Shown: in pieces, positions 10,832-21,071 of the stretch
Position numbering within the stretch: position 1 is the stretch's first letter
Layout: the number at the start of each line of letters is the position of its first letter
Made by a program: the position numbers and the translations under genes
Assembly (NCBI GenBank): GCA_963733035.1
Contig: CAVTBU010000009.1
Span: 1-64,000, forward strand
Length of the DNA: 64,000 nucleotides
Direction: 5' to 3'
DNA from: Pirellulales bacterium
GTDB taxonomy: Bacteria; Planctomycetota; Planctomycetia; Pirellulales; PALSA-1355
The notes under the pieces: model-generated
What the model saw: the letters and a program-made list of their open reading frames with translations, nothing else
What the model was told of the DNA's origin: nothing
The model's database searches: none

Positions 10832-12228
10832 GCAGCCGTGGTGGCACGACCAGCGACCATCGAGTGCAGCCCCCGCCGGGATTTCCCGACTACATTCCGC
10901 GCGAACATACACTGCAATCGGTCACTGAGCAGATCAGCGACATTGTGTTGACGCGCGGAACCAGCAAAGGTTGGTACACGCTATTCGCCCTCAGCAATCT
11001 GACGCTGGGAATGTTTGGCCTGGTGATTGTCTACCTGCTTTTCGTGGGCGTGGGAATTTGGGGCATCAACATTCCCGTGGGCTGGGGCTTTACGATCACC
11101 GATTTCGTGTGGTGGATCGGAATCGGTCACGCCGGTACGCTGATCTCCGCCATTCTACTGCTGTTGCATCAAAAGTGGCGGACGTCGATCAATCGTATCG
11201 CCGAGGCCATGACGATCTTCGCCCTGATGTGCGCGGCGTCGTTCCCGTTGCTGCATCTGGGACGCCCTTGGTTTTTCTTCTGGCTTCTGCCCTATCCCAA
11301 CACGATGCAGTTATGGCCGCAATTCCGCAGCGCGCTGGTGTGGGACGTGTTTGCCGTGAGCACGTATTTCCTGGTGTCTCTGCTGTTCTGGTACATGGGC
11401 ATGATCCCCGACCTGGCCACATTGCGCGACCGGGCTACGTCCCGGCGCGCCCAAGTCATTTACGGCCTGATGTCGTTCGGCTGGCGTAACTCGGCCCGGC
11501 ACTGGCAGCGCTTCGAGTCGGCCTATCTGCTGCTGGGTGGCCTGGCCACACCACTGGTCGTGTCGGTGCACTCGGTCGTGTCTTCCGATTTTGCCATGTC
11601 GCTCGAGCCGGGCTGGCACGAAACGGTGTTTCCGCCTTACTTCGTCGCCGGTGCGATCTTCTCCGGTTTCGCGATGGTGCTGGTCCTCTGCATTCCTCTG
11701 CGCCATATTTACCAGCTCAAGGACGTGATCACCACCGAGCACCTGGGCGTAATGGCCAAGATCATTCTTGTGACCAGCCTGCTGACGTCGTACGGATACT
11801 TGAGCGAGCAATTCCTATCCTGGTACGGTCAGGAGAGCGTTGAGCGCTTCGTTTACACCAACCGCCTGATAGGCGAGTACGCACCATTGACCTGGTGCGT
11901 GTTCTTCTGCAATACGATCGTGCCGCAGTTGTTCTGGATCCCCGCGGCGCGGCGAAGTGAGTTCTGGCTCATGGTAGTAGCACTCGCCGTGCTGCTGGGC
12001 ATGTGGCTCGAACGCTACGTGATCATCATCACCACTCTGCACCGCGACTATCTACCTTCGAACTGGGGCATGTTCCGTCCCACCGTTTTCGATTATCTGA
12101 CGTTCTTTGGTTCCCTCGGGTTGTTCCTCACTGCGTTTCTGTTGTTCACTCGACTACTGCCGATGATCTCGATGTCGGAAATGCGGTCGCTCCTGCCCGG
12201 TTCGCACGGACACGAGGAGGGACGATGA
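10828..12228 (+). CDS. actC: ACIII subunit C (NrfD/PsrC family membrane protein)
   Basis: FVWWIGIGHAGTLISAIL, WRTSINR, HLGRPW, PQFRS.LVWDVFAV. Confidence 0.95.
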   Translation: MSSRGGTTSDHRVQPPPGFPDYIPREHTLQSVTEQISDIVLTRGTSKGWYTLFALSNLTLGMFGLVIVYLLFVGVGIWGINIPVGWGFTITDFVWWIGIGHAGTLISAILLLLHQKWRTSINRIAEAMTIFALMCAASFPLLHLGRPWFFFWLLPYPNTMQLWPQFRSALVWDVFAVSTYFLVSLLFWYMGMIPDLATLRDRATSRRAQVIYGLMSFGWRNSARHWQRFESAYLLLGGLATPLVVSVHSVVSSDFAMSLEPGWHETVFPPYFVAGAIFSGFAMVLVLCIPLRHIYQLKDVITTEHLGVMAKIILVTSLLTSYGYLSEQFLSWYGQESVERFVYTNRLIGEYAPLTWCVFFCNTIVPQLFWIPAARRSEFWLMVVALAVLLGMWLERYVIIITTLHRDYLPSNWGMFRPTVFDYLTFFGSLGLFLTAFLLFTRLLPMISMSEMRSLLPGSHGHEEGR

Positions 12229-12857
12229 ACGCTCCGTCACCCCTTTACGGCCTGATGGTCGAGTTCACGACGCCGGAGCAAATCCTCGATGCCACGCGAC
12301 GCGCCTGGCAGGCGGGCTATCGCGACATGGATGCCTATTCCCCCTATCCCGTCGAAGGTCTGGCAGCCGCGCTCGGCATAAAACGGAGTCAAATCCCCTC
12401 GATCGTGTTTTGTGGTGCCATCGTCGGCGCCGGTGTCGGATTTCTGATGCAGTACTACTCGATGGTCATCGACTATCCTCTTAACTCCGGCGGTCGACCA
12501 CTTAATAGCTGGCCGGCATACATCGCGGTCACGTTCGAAGTGTTGATTCTGATCGCCTCGCTGTCGGCGTTCGTGGGCATGCTGTTTCTCAATGGTCTGC
12601 CCCGACCGCATCACCCGATCTTTGCCGCGCAAGGATTTGAACGCGCAAGCCAGGACCGATTCTTTCTGTGCATCGAGGCAACCGATCCAAACTTCCACGC
12701 GGATGAAACGACGCGGTTCCTGTCGACGCTGTCGCCCGACGCCCGGGTGGTCGAAGTGTTTCACGAGCAACTCGTTGAGCCGGAAGAGCCGCCCGAGGGT
12801 GCGGAAGCGACCCTAGTGCCGGAGCCAAGCGTTTCGGCCGTGCAAACCGGAGATTGA
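12225..12857 (+). CDS. actD: ACIII subunit D (DUF3341)
   Basis: ATG 12225 overlaps actC stop with GAGG RBS; DAYSPYPVEG, YPLNSGGRP, ASQDRFFL. Confidence 0.9.
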   Translation: MNAPSPLYGLMVEFTTPEQILDATRRAWQAGYRDMDAYSPYPVEGLAAALGIKRSQIPSIVFCGAIVGAGVGFLMQYYSMVIDYPLNSGGRPLNSWPAYIAVTFEVLILIASLSAFVGMLFLNGLPRPHHPIFAAQGFERASQDRFFLCIEATDPNFHADETTRFLSTLSPDARVVEVFHEQLVEPEEPPEGAEATLVPEPSVSAVQTGD

Positions 12858-12861
12858 TAAC

Positions 12862-13569
12862 GTGCGAGGAAACGGCCGGTCCATCTCGAACGCAGTTGCA
12901 TGGGCCAGTGTGCTCGTCTTGCTGTTGGCGTGTGGCTGCCAACAGAAGATGGCGGCCCAGCCGAGCTTCGATACGTACGAGCCTTGCGAATTCTTCAAAG
13001 ACGGAATGACGGCCCGACAACTCCCACAGGGAACAGTCGCACGGGGCCATTTGCGCATCGACAGCGCACTGTTCACCGGCATCGAGCCGGGGTCGGCGGC
13101 CCGATCCCCTGCTGCCTCGTCGGCGGGCAACAGCTCGCAGCAACCATCCGTCGATCGTCTCTTGGCAGCTGAAGCTGCACGCTTTGAGGGAGTGGTCGAC
13201 GAATTCCCGATTCCGGTCACGCGAGAAGTTGTCGAGCACGGTCGTAACCGCTTCATGATCTACTGCGTGGTGTGTCACGATCCGCTGGGGGCCGGCCACG
13301 GCAAGATTGTCGAGCGCGGTTACACGAAGCCCCCGTCCTATCACATTGATCGATTGCGCGATGCCCCGGTTGGACATTTCTTTCGGGTCATCACCGAGGG
13401 CTATGGTTCCATGCCATCGTATGCAGCTCAAATTCCCGTGCGCGATCGCTGGGCCATCGTCGCTTACGTTCGAGCGCTCCAGTTGAGTCAACACTTTTCG
13501 CGCGATGAGCTACCCGAGCAGTTGCGGCAGAAGTGGCAGGCCAAGGAACAGAAACTGGCAGGAGGCTAA
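12862..13569 (+). CDS. actE: ACIII subunit E, monoheme cytochrome c lipoprotein
   Basis: Lipobox-like LACGC, GTVARG, heme motif CVVCH, MPSYA..DRWAIVAYVRALQ. Confidence 0.9.
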   Translation: MRGNGRSISNAVAWASVLVLLLACGCQQKMAAQPSFDTYEPCEFFKDGMTARQLPQGTVARGHLRIDSALFTGIEPGSAARSPAASSAGNSSQQPSVDRLLAAEAARFEGVVDEFPIPVTREVVEHGRNRFMIYCVVCHDPLGAGHGKIVERGYTKPPSYHIDRLRDAPVGHFFRVITEGYGSMPSYAAQIPVRDRWAIVAYVRALQLSQHFSRDELPEQLRQKWQAKEQKLAGG

Positions 13570-13572
13570 TCT

Positions 13573-14796
13573 ATGTATCCGTCGGCGGCAAAACTCGTTG
13601 GATGGTATCGGCCCTGTCAATTCGGATCGCTGGCACTGGGTGCAATCGCCTGCGCCGGAATGGCGATCGGCGGGTATTTCAACCCTGAGCAGTTCTTTCG
13701 GGCCTACCTGGCCGCGTACTTGTTCGTGCTCGGTCTGTCGCTCGGTTCGATGGCCGTCTTGATGATCTACCACACGACGGGTGGTGCCTGGGGATTTCTG
13801 ATCAGGCGCTTCCTAGAGGCCGGCGTCCGCACGTTGCCGCTGGTGGCGCTGGGATTCGTGCCAATCGCGTGCGGCATCAGTTATCTCTATCCGTGGGCCA
13901 TGCCGGGCGCGGCCGAGAAGAGCGAACTCATTGCCGGGCAAAGCATTTACTTGAACGAACCGTTTTTCTATGGCCGTGCCGTCGGCTATTTCACGCTGTG
14001 GCTGCTGCTGGGACTTGGGCTTAGTCGCTGGTCAATTCGCCAAGATCGCACTCAAAACCCCAGCATCGCAAATTGGCTCGACGGCATCAGCGGCATTGGA
14101 CTATTGATATTCGGCGTCAGCCTGCACTTTGCCGCGGTCGATTGGGTGATGACGCTGCAGCCCATGTTTCACTCGACGATTTTCGGCCCTATCGTCGTGG
14201 TGGGCCAGATTCTTTCGGCCTATGCGTTAGCCGTGATCGCGCTTTGTTTGCTCGGGGCACGATCACCAATTGTTGAAGTGATCGCACCCAAGTCCATGAA
14301 TGACTTGGGAAACCTGCTACTCAGTTTTACCGTCGTATGGGGCTACCTGTGCTGGTTTCAGTATTTGCTGGGTTGGATCGCCAATCTGCCCTATGACGCG
14401 GTGTGGTACGTACCACGGCTCCACGACGGCTGGCAGTGGCTGGCGCTGACGCTCATTCTGTTTCATTTTGCCCTGCCTGTATTGGTGTTGTTGTGGCGGG
14501 CGGCAAAGCGGAGCCGAGTCGTCTTGGGAAGCACTGCCGCACTGCTCCTGCTGATGCAATTGGTCTTTGACTATTACCAGGTTATTCCGCCGTTCCATGC
14601 CTATGGCCTCCGCGAGCACTGGATGGACTTTGTCGCGCCGATTGCCTTAGGCGGCATCTGGTTGGCTTTTTACTTGTGGCGATTGGCCCCGTATCCCGTG
14701 CTGCCTGAATACGACTTCAACGAATCCTCCGCGGTTCATTTACGGAAGTCCGACGAAGAGGAGGAGGCGTGGGAGGGAGTGTTCTCGCATGGCTAA
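13573..14796 (+). CDS. actF: ACIII subunit F (membrane protein)
   Basis: Polytopic; TGGAWG, YLN.PFF..R, DWVMTLQP.FHSTIFG, DLGNLL; operon position. Confidence 0.85.
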   Translation: MYPSAAKLVGWYRPCQFGSLALGAIACAGMAIGGYFNPEQFFRAYLAAYLFVLGLSLGSMAVLMIYHTTGGAWGFLIRRFLEAGVRTLPLVALGFVPIACGISYLYPWAMPGAAEKSELIAGQSIYLNEPFFYGRAVGYFTLWLLLGLGLSRWSIRQDRTQNPSIANWLDGISGIGLLIFGVSLHFAAVDWVMTLQPMFHSTIFGPIVVVGQILSAYALAVIALCLLGARSPIVEVIAPKSMNDLGNLLLSFTVVWGYLCWFQYLLGWIANLPYDAVWYVPRLHDGWQWLALTLILFHFALPVLVLLWRAAKRSRVVLGSTAALLLLMQLVFDYYQVIPPFHAYGLREHWMDFVAPIALGGIWLAFYLWRLAPYPVLPEYDFNESSAVHLRKSDEEEEAWEGVFSHG

Positions 14797-15379
14797 GAAG
14801 CCTCCGAAAAAGAAACCCGGACAGGCACGACAAACCGTGGATGCGCCGCAATCGACGAAGCCCATCGCGCCCGAGCGACCGCCCGAGGAAGTCCAGCGCG
14901 ACGACGGGCGCATCGAGCACCCGCGCGTGCGTCGAGAATCGAGCGACGTGCGATTTCGCTGGGTGCTGGCGTTTGTCGTGGTTTCGATCCTGGTTGGAGC
15001 CGGACAGTTGGTCCTCGTCTGGCAAGTATTCGAAGCGGGGTTGCAATACGTCGAGCGCGAGAACGCTTCGCGTTACCCACTCGCAAAACGAGGAATTTCG
15101 TTGCCCCGTGATCCTCGGCTGGAACAACTCAACCGCACCCAGGGCCTGGAAAGCGGCAACGTCCGGCAGCTCGAGTCGGTTGACCTGGCGAAACTAGGGC
15201 AGTTCGGATCGACCTCGGACGAAGGCTACGTTCATATTCCAATCGACGACGCCATGGACCTGGTCGTCAAACGTCTGCCAGTGCGCAAACAAAACGCCGA
15301 CGACGACTATCGCAGCCGCGGGCTCGTCGGCGGCGGCGAATCAAACTCGGGGCGAATGTTTCGGGGGAAAGTGGAATGA
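14789..15379 (+). CDS. Conserved single-TM protein of ACIII/caa3 operons (ActG-position)
   Basis: One TM helix, PRLE and VHIPIDDAM motifs; overlaps both neighbours. Confidence 0.7.
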   Translation: MAKKPPKKKPGQARQTVDAPQSTKPIAPERPPEEVQRDDGRIEHPRVRRESSDVRFRWVLAFVVVSILVGAGQLVLVWQVFEAGLQYVERENASRYPLAKRGISLPRDPRLEQLNRTQGLESGNVRQLESVDLAKLGQFGSTSDEGYVHIPIDDAMDLVVKRLPVRKQNADDDYRSRGLVGGGESNSGRMFRGKVE

Positions 15380-16257
15380 AAACGGTGCGTCTTGTGCTGG
15401 TGGTATTCACACTATGCGCCTCGGAAGCCCAAGCGGAGGTCACGCTGCCGCCGCTATTGCAAGACGTGGGCTTTGACCAGATGTTGGATCAGCAGGTGCC
15501 TTTGGATCTGACGTTTCAGGACGAGTCGGGCAAAAGCGTGCAGTTAAGCGCCTACTTTCATGGCCAGCCCGTGATTCTCGTCCTGGCGTACTATCGCTGC
15601 CCAATGCTGTGCAATCTCGTGCTCAACGGACTGACACAGGCGATGCGCGACTTGCCGTTCGACGTCGGAGAGGAGTTCGAAGTCGTGACAGTGAGTTTCG
15701 ACCCGCGAGAAACGCCCCAGTTGGCCGCAGCCAAGAAGGAAACCTACGTCAGCCGCTACGGGCGTCCGAGCGCGGAATCCGGCTGGCACTTTCTCACCGG
15801 CCGGCAGGAGGCCATCGACCCGCTTTGTCGTGCCGTCGGTTTTCGCTACCAGTACGACGCCAAACGAGACGAATTTGCGCACGCCAGCGGCATTGTTGTG
15901 CTGACCCCCGGCGGCAACGTCTCGCGATACTTTTACGACGTCAAGTATTCGCCCCGCGATGTCCGCCTGGGTCTAGTTGAAGCCTCGCACAACAGAATCG
16001 GTTCGCCTGTCGATCAGGTGCTGTTGTTCTGCTTTCATTACGACCCGGCGGAAGGCAAGTACGGCGCGGCCGTGATGCGACTGGTCCGCGTCGGTGGTTT
16101 GGTAACGCTGATTCTCGTCCTGGCCGGGCTGTGGTGGTTGTTCCGCAGTCGTCCGCAGTCGCGGCCAGCACTCTGCGCTGGCGGTGATCACGTCGAGCGA
16201 TCACCGCGAGAGCCAACGCAAGTCGGCGCCGCGAGCGCGGAGAATCGGCTCATATGA
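15376..16257 (+). CDS. SCO family copper chaperone
   Basis: YYRCPMLC (CxxxC), WHFLTG, FAHAS; C-terminal TM. Confidence 0.9.
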   Translation: MKTVRLVLVVFTLCASEAQAEVTLPPLLQDVGFDQMLDQQVPLDLTFQDESGKSVQLSAYFHGQPVILVLAYYRCPMLCNLVLNGLTQAMRDLPFDVGEEFEVVTVSFDPRETPQLAAAKKETYVSRYGRPSAESGWHFLTGRQEAIDPLCRAVGFRYQYDAKRDEFAHASGIVVLTPGGNVSRYFYDVKYSPRDVRLGLVEASHNRIGSPVDQVLLFCFHYDPAEGKYGAAVMRLVRVGGLVTLILVLAGLWWLFRSRPQSRPALCAGGDHVERSPREPTQVGAASAENRLI

Positions 16258-17285
16258 CCAACGACATCGCCCTATTCCCGGAAGCTGCCTCGACCACCGC
16301 AAATCAGGTGGACATGCTCTTCTTCTTCCTACTTTCGGTCTGCGGAGCCGTGGGGCTGATGGTGGCGATCCTGCTGATTTATTTTTCCGTTCGCTACCGC
16401 CGCCGAGCGGGTGATTTCTCCTCTCCGCCACCTGCCGTGCAGGCGCATTGGTTGGAATGGACCTGGACGATCGCACCGATGTTCGTTTTTGCGGTCATGT
16501 TTTTGTGGGGTGCGGCCGTTTACGTGCGGGCCTATAGCGCCCCTGAAGATTCGGCCCTGGTCTATGTCGTCGCCAAGCAATGGATGTGGAAGTTCCAGCA
16601 TCCCGAGGGTCAGCGAGAAATCAACACGCTGCACGTGCCTGTTGGCCGGCCCGTGAAGTTGCTGCTCACTTCCGAAGATGTCATCCATAGCTTTTTCGTA
16701 CCTGACTTTCGGGTGCACATGGACGTGTTGCCGACACGCTACACCTCGGTCTGGTTTGAAGTCACGCGGCCGGGATCTTATCACCTGTTCTGCTCGCAGT
16801 ATTGCGGCACGGCTCACGCCAACATGCGGGGCAGGGTCGTGGCACTGGAGCCGGCCGACTATCAACAGTGGCTTGAATCGACCGCCGAAGGATCGCTGGC
16901 GCTGCAGGGTCGCAAAATCTTTCTCAAGTATCGCTGCATAAGTTGCCACAGCGCCGATGCCGGCGCCAGGGCGCCAATGCTGGAAAACTTGTTCGGTCGG
17001 CCGGTCCACCTGCGTGACGGGCAAACCGTCGCGGCCGACGAGCAATATCTGCACGAATCCATTCTGCACGCAGGCTCCCAAATTGTGGCCGGATATCAAG
17101 AAATCATGCCCACATTCGCCGGACAGATCGGCGAAGAGGAAGTGATCCAGTTGATTGCCTACATCCAATCGCTGCGTGTGGGCGATCTGCCGCGCCGCGT
17201 CGAAGCCTACCCGCCGCCCGTGCGAATCGACAAGTCCGATGAGCAATTCAAAAAGCTACCTGGCGCCGAGGTTCCCAAGTTATGA
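16254..17285 (+). CDS. ctaC: Cytochrome c oxidase subunit II with fused cytochrome c (caa3 type)
   Basis: LEWTWT, KQWMW, DVIHSF, CuA motif [12 protein letters not shown], heme c CISCH. Confidence 0.95.
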   Translation: MTNDIALFPEAASTTANQVDMLFFFLLSVCGAVGLMVAILLIYFSVRYRRRAGDFSSPPPAVQAHWLEWTWTIAPMFVFAVMFLWGAAVYVRAYSAPEDSALVYVVAKQWMWKFQHPEGQREINTLHVPVGRPVKLLLTSEDVIHSFFVPDFRVHMDVLPTRYTSVWFEVTRPGSYHLFCSQYCGTAHANMRGRVVALEPADYQQWLESTAEGSLALQGRKIFLKYRCISCHSADAGARAPMLENLFGRPVHLRDGQTVAADEQYLHESILHAGSQIVAGYQEIMPTFAGQIGEEEVIQLIAYIQSLRVGDLPRRVEAYPPPVRIDKSDEQFKKLPGAEVPKL

Positions 17286-18931
17286 GCACGCACGTCGAAC
17301 CGCGTCCCGCACCACCGCCCGGCGCGCCACAAGTGCGAGAAACCTACCTGAACGTCACGCGTGGGATTCTTTCCTGGCTGCTGACGAAGGACCATAAGCG
17401 GATCGGCGTCCTGTACCTGATCTCGGTGACCGTGATGTTCTTCATCGGTGGCTTTGCCATTGCCGTAGCGCGGATGAACCTGCTGACGCCCGACGGGGGA
17501 CTGGTCGAGGCGGATACCTACAACCGGCTGTTTACGCTGCACGGCATCATCATGGTGTTCTTCTTTCTGGTGCCGGTCGTGCCGGCCGCGTTGGGCAACT
17601 TCATCCTACCGATGATGATTGGCGCGAAGGATCTCGCCTTTCCGCGAATCAACTTGTTGAGCTGGTATCTCTACGTGATCGGCGCGTCGTGGACGCTTTA
17701 TGCCATGATCGCCGGCGGCCTGGACACCGGTTGGACGTTTTATACGCCCTATAGCACCGAATCGTCGCACTACAACGTCGTGCCCACAATGATCGGCATC
17801 GTGATCGCGGGTTTTTCGTCGTTGCTCACCGGTTTGAACTTCGTCGTCACGACGCACTGGCTGCGCGCGCCAGGCATGACCTGGGGACGGCTGCCAATCT
17901 TCGTCTGGACGCTCTATGGCACGAGCATCATTTTTTTACTTGCCGTGCCGGTGCTGGCCATGGCGCTGCTCTTGGTCGTGATCGAGCGGATCTTTCACGT
18001 CGGGATTTTTGATCCCAGTTTGGGAGGCGATCCGCTCTTGTTTCAGCACTTGTTCTGGTTTTATTCGCATCCGGCGGTTTACATCATGATTCTGCCTGGC
18101 ATGGGCATCGTCAGCGAAATCATTCCCTGTTTCGCCCGCAAACAATTGTTCGGCTATACGTTCGTCGCCACGGCCAGCCTGTTGATTGCCTTTTTCGGAT
18201 TCCTGGTGTGGGCGCATCACATGTTCGTGGCGGGCATCTCGCTCTATTCGGCGTTGGCGTTTTCGAGCTTGAGCTTTTTAGTGGCCGTGCCGTCGGCGAT
18301 CAAGGTCTTCAATTGGACCGCCACGCTCTACAAGGGCTCGATCGCCTTTGAAACTCCGATGCTGTTCGCCCTGGGCTTCGTCGCGTTGTTTACCGTCGGC
18401 GGACTGACGGGCCTGTTTCTGGCGACGCTCGGCATGGACATGCACGTGCACGACACCTACTTCGTGATCGCCCATTTCCATTTCATCATGGTTGGAGGAA
18501 TGGTGATGGCCTACATGGCCGGCCTCCACTACTGGTGGCCCAAGATGACGGGCCGAATGTATTCACAGTGGTGGTCGCGGTTGAGCGCGCTGATCATCTT
18601 CGTCGGATTCTTTCTGACGTTCCTGCCGCAGTTCGTGGTCGGCTACAACGGAATGCCGCGCCGCTACCACAACTACGTACCGGAGTTCCAGGTGTGGAAC
18701 GTGTTGTCAACGGCCGGTGCCTCGATCCTCTCGGTCGGCTATGTGCTGCCGTTGTGTTACCTGTTGCTATCGCTGTACTACGGCAGCCGTGCCGGTCCGA
18801 ATCCTTGGCGCGCCACTGGACTCGAATGGCAAACTCCTTCGCCGCCACCCAAAGACAATTTCGAAGTGACTCCCACCGTCGTGCGCGGCCCGTACGAGTA
18901 TCACACGGAGAAGGCCCAGAATGAGCCCTGA
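17282..18931 (+). CDS. ctaD: Cytochrome c oxidase subunit I, type A2
   Basis: [24 protein letters not shown] (YS motif), [17 protein letters not shown]. Confidence 0.97.
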   Translation: MSTHVEPRPAPPPGAPQVRETYLNVTRGILSWLLTKDHKRIGVLYLISVTVMFFIGGFAIAVARMNLLTPDGGLVEADTYNRLFTLHGIIMVFFFLVPVVPAALGNFILPMMIGAKDLAFPRINLLSWYLYVIGASWTLYAMIAGGLDTGWTFYTPYSTESSHYNVVPTMIGIVIAGFSSLLTGLNFVVTTHWLRAPGMTWGRLPIFVWTLYGTSIIFLLAVPVLAMALLLVVIERIFHVGIFDPSLGGDPLLFQHLFWFYSHPAVYIMILPGMGIVSEIIPCFARKQLFGYTFVATASLLIAFFGFLVWAHHMFVAGISLYSALAFSSLSFLVAVPSAIKVFNWTATLYKGSIAFETPMLFALGFVALFTVGGLTGLFLATLGMDMHVHDTYFVIAHFHFIMVGGMVMAYMAGLHYWWPKMTGRMYSQWWSRLSALIIFVGFFLTFLPQFVVGYNGMPRRYHNYVPEFQVWNVLSTAGASILSVGYVLPLCYLLLSLYYGSRAGPNPWRATGLEWQTPSPPPKDNFEVTPTVVRGPYEYHTEKAQNEP

Positions 18932-19667
18932 GAACACCCTGCTAACCCCCTCCGAACACCGCACGTTGCAATACACCATATTGCACCGCGACCGCTTGGA
19001 GGAGCAATACGAGAATCTCGAGCAGCAGCACGACGCGGCCGCCAGTGGAATGTGGGTGTTTCTCGCCACTGAGGTGATGTTTTTCGGCGCGGTCTTTACG
19101 GCGCTGGGCATCTATCGACTCCTCTATGGGGAAGCGTTCGAAGCGGTTAGCGTCAGACTCAACTGGATTATCGGTGCCGTCAACACGCTGATACTCCTGA
19201 CGAGCAGTCTGACCATTGTGCTGGCAGTTCACATGGCTCGCCTGGGGAGGCGACGTGGAATCGTGCTCTGTCTGGCGCTCACGGCGTTTCTCGGCGCCGC
19301 ATTTTTAGGACTGAAAGGACTCGAGTACTACACCGACTATCAAGAGAACCTGGTACCGGGCTGGAAATTTTCGCCCGAGGAGTGGACCGAGCAGGAAGGA
19401 TTAACTCTGCAGCAAGTCGCACAGGTCAAGCTGTTCCTGGTGTTTTACTGGGTGATGACTCTGATTCATGCCCTGCACGTGACGATCGGCATCGGCGCCG
19501 TGCTTGTGATTCTTGTGCTCGCCTGGCGGAACCATTTCTCCCCGGAGTATTATTCTCCCGTCGACGTGACGGCGCTGTATTGGCATTTCGTCGACATCGT
19601 GTGGATATTTCTACTACCGATGCTGTACCTGCTGGGCACGCACACGGGCGAACGATTGGGACTATAG
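18921..19667 (+). CDS. ctaE: Cytochrome c oxidase subunit III
   Basis: [37 protein letters not shown]. Confidence 0.95.
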   Translation: MSPENTLLTPSEHRTLQYTILHRDRLEEQYENLEQQHDAAASGMWVFLATEVMFFGAVFTALGIYRLLYGEAFEAVSVRLNWIIGAVNTLILLTSSLTIVLAVHMARLGRRRGIVLCLALTAFLGAAFLGLKGLEYYTDYQENLVPGWKFSPEEWTEQEGLTLQQVAQVKLFLVFYWVMTLIHALHVTIGIGAVLVILVLAWRNHFSPEYYSPVDVTALYWHFVDIVWIFLLPMLYLLGTHTGERLGL

Positions 19668-19683
19668 CGCGAGGACGAAACCA

Positions 19684-19989
19684 ATGAAGTCGACAGACCA
19701 TGGCAGCGGGACTTATGTGGCGGTGTTTGTGGCGCTCGTCGCGCTCACGTTCGCGACAGTCGGAGCTTCTTTCATTCCGCTCACCGGCGGGTGGCACATC
19801 GCAATTGGACTAACGATCGGTTTGGTGAAGGCTTCGCTCGTGGCTTTATTCTTCATGCATATGATCGGCAGCCCGCGATTGACCTGGTGTATTGTCGCAA
19901 TTTCGCTGCTTTGGCTTACGGTGCTCGTGTCACTCACCTTTCTTGACTACGCAACGCGGGGGATGGTGCCGGGGATGCCGGGCCATTGA
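19684..19989 (+). CDS. ctaF: Cytochrome c oxidase subunit IV (COX4_pro)
   Basis: Three TM helices, KASLVALFFMH. Confidence 0.9.
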   Translation: MKSTDHGSGTYVAVFVALVALTFATVGASFIPLTGGWHIAIGLTIGLVKASLVALFFMHMIGSPRLTWCIVAISLLWLTVLVSLTFLDYATRGMVPGMPGH

Positions 19990-20008
19990 GCCGCACGGGA
20001 GCAGTTCT

Positions 20009-20476
20009 ATGTTGAAGTCACCCCGGAAATCGATTCCTCCCGTCGGCCTGGGCCCAACTTCAGTCGTGCTCGGCACGATTGGGCTCTTGCTTTTCTTCTT
20101 GCCCGTCTTGGGAGTTCCCATCGCCGTGTGCGGGCTGACTTTGGCAACGGTCGGTGCGATCAGCACTCTTTGGCGCCCGAATGAGAGCCTGCGATGGATA
20201 CTGGCAGGATTTTTCTGTTCGCTAGCCTCCCTGGGCGTTGGCCTAGCGATCAACTATGCGCCAGTTGGGGAGGAGCCCCGCCCCGATGTGCCACCCCTGT
20301 GGCAACAGTCTCCGGTAGCGCCGTTCGTGCCTCCGCCAGCCAACCCGGGTTTTATGGAAGGGTACGACTGGGACTTGTCTTGCGGGCGATCTTATGTGTC
20401 GACGTTTCCGACGAATCGCGAGCGAGCCTGCCCCAAACCGCCGCTCTATACGAATAGTTTGCCACAACTAATTTGA
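20009..20476 (+). CDS. Hypothetical membrane protein
   Basis: ATG 20 nt after ctaF stop; hydrophobic segments then Pro-rich tail. Confidence 0.55.
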   Translation: MLKSPRKSIPPVGLGPTSVVLGTIGLLLFFLPVLGVPIAVCGLTLATVGAISTLWRPNESLRWILAGFFCSLASLGVGLAINYAPVGEEPRPDVPPLWQQSPVAPFVPPPANPGFMEGYDWDLSCGRSYVSTFPTNRERACPKPPLYTNSLPQLI

Positions 20477-20496
20477 CTCACGTCCGACGGTGCTCG

Positions 20497-20526
20497 CCGC
20501 CGCCCTGCGAGTTTTCAGGGCGGCGG
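20497..20526 (+). terminator. GC-rich hairpin closing the act/cta operon
   Basis: Perfect 11-bp stem CCGCCGCCCTG / CAGGGCGGCGG with 8-nt loop; no clear U-tract. Confidence 0.5.
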
Positions 20527-20596
20527 TCCGGCACCAAGACACTCCAACATCATATTGATAAACCTGATCAACAGCTGAGCTTGGCCCTCGACGATT

Positions 20597-20758
20597 CTAT
20601 TTTGCGTTCTTCTCGTCGATCACCTTTCCGGTGTTAGAGGCAACCTCGACATGCGCGATCTCGTCGCCGGAGAGGAACTCGATGGCAAAGACCACCTTTC
20701 CGTCCTCGTTTTCGCTGCAAGCCGTGTAGACCTTGGCATTCGGCATTTTCTGCCGCGC
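20597..20758 (-). pseudogene. PepSY-like domain remnant
   Basis: ARQKMPNAKVYTACSENEDGKVVFAIEFLSGDEIAHVEVASNTGKVIDEKNAK*; in-frame stop immediately upstream. Confidence 0.5.
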
Positions 20759-21071
20759 TTAACTGAGCAGCGTTAGGTTTTTGCGTGCGGAAATCGAGGC
20801 GCTCAGTTGACAGCCCAGCTTGACATTGCTGTCAACCCGAGAGCGCCGAGTTCGAAAGGGTTCCTTTGGGTTTGAGGGGGACCGAAAGAGACTCGAACTC
20901 AGCAAGTCTCTAGCAGCAAAGCACTTCTCGTAATCGCTCTCGCGCGTATTGGTTGGAAGAGGGTTCTTTACGGGGACGACGATTGACGCATATCAAACCA
21001 ATGGCATGCCCCGTTGGCGAGTTTTATACTATCAGGCTGAGTCTTACTTCAAATCCGGACTGAATTTCATC

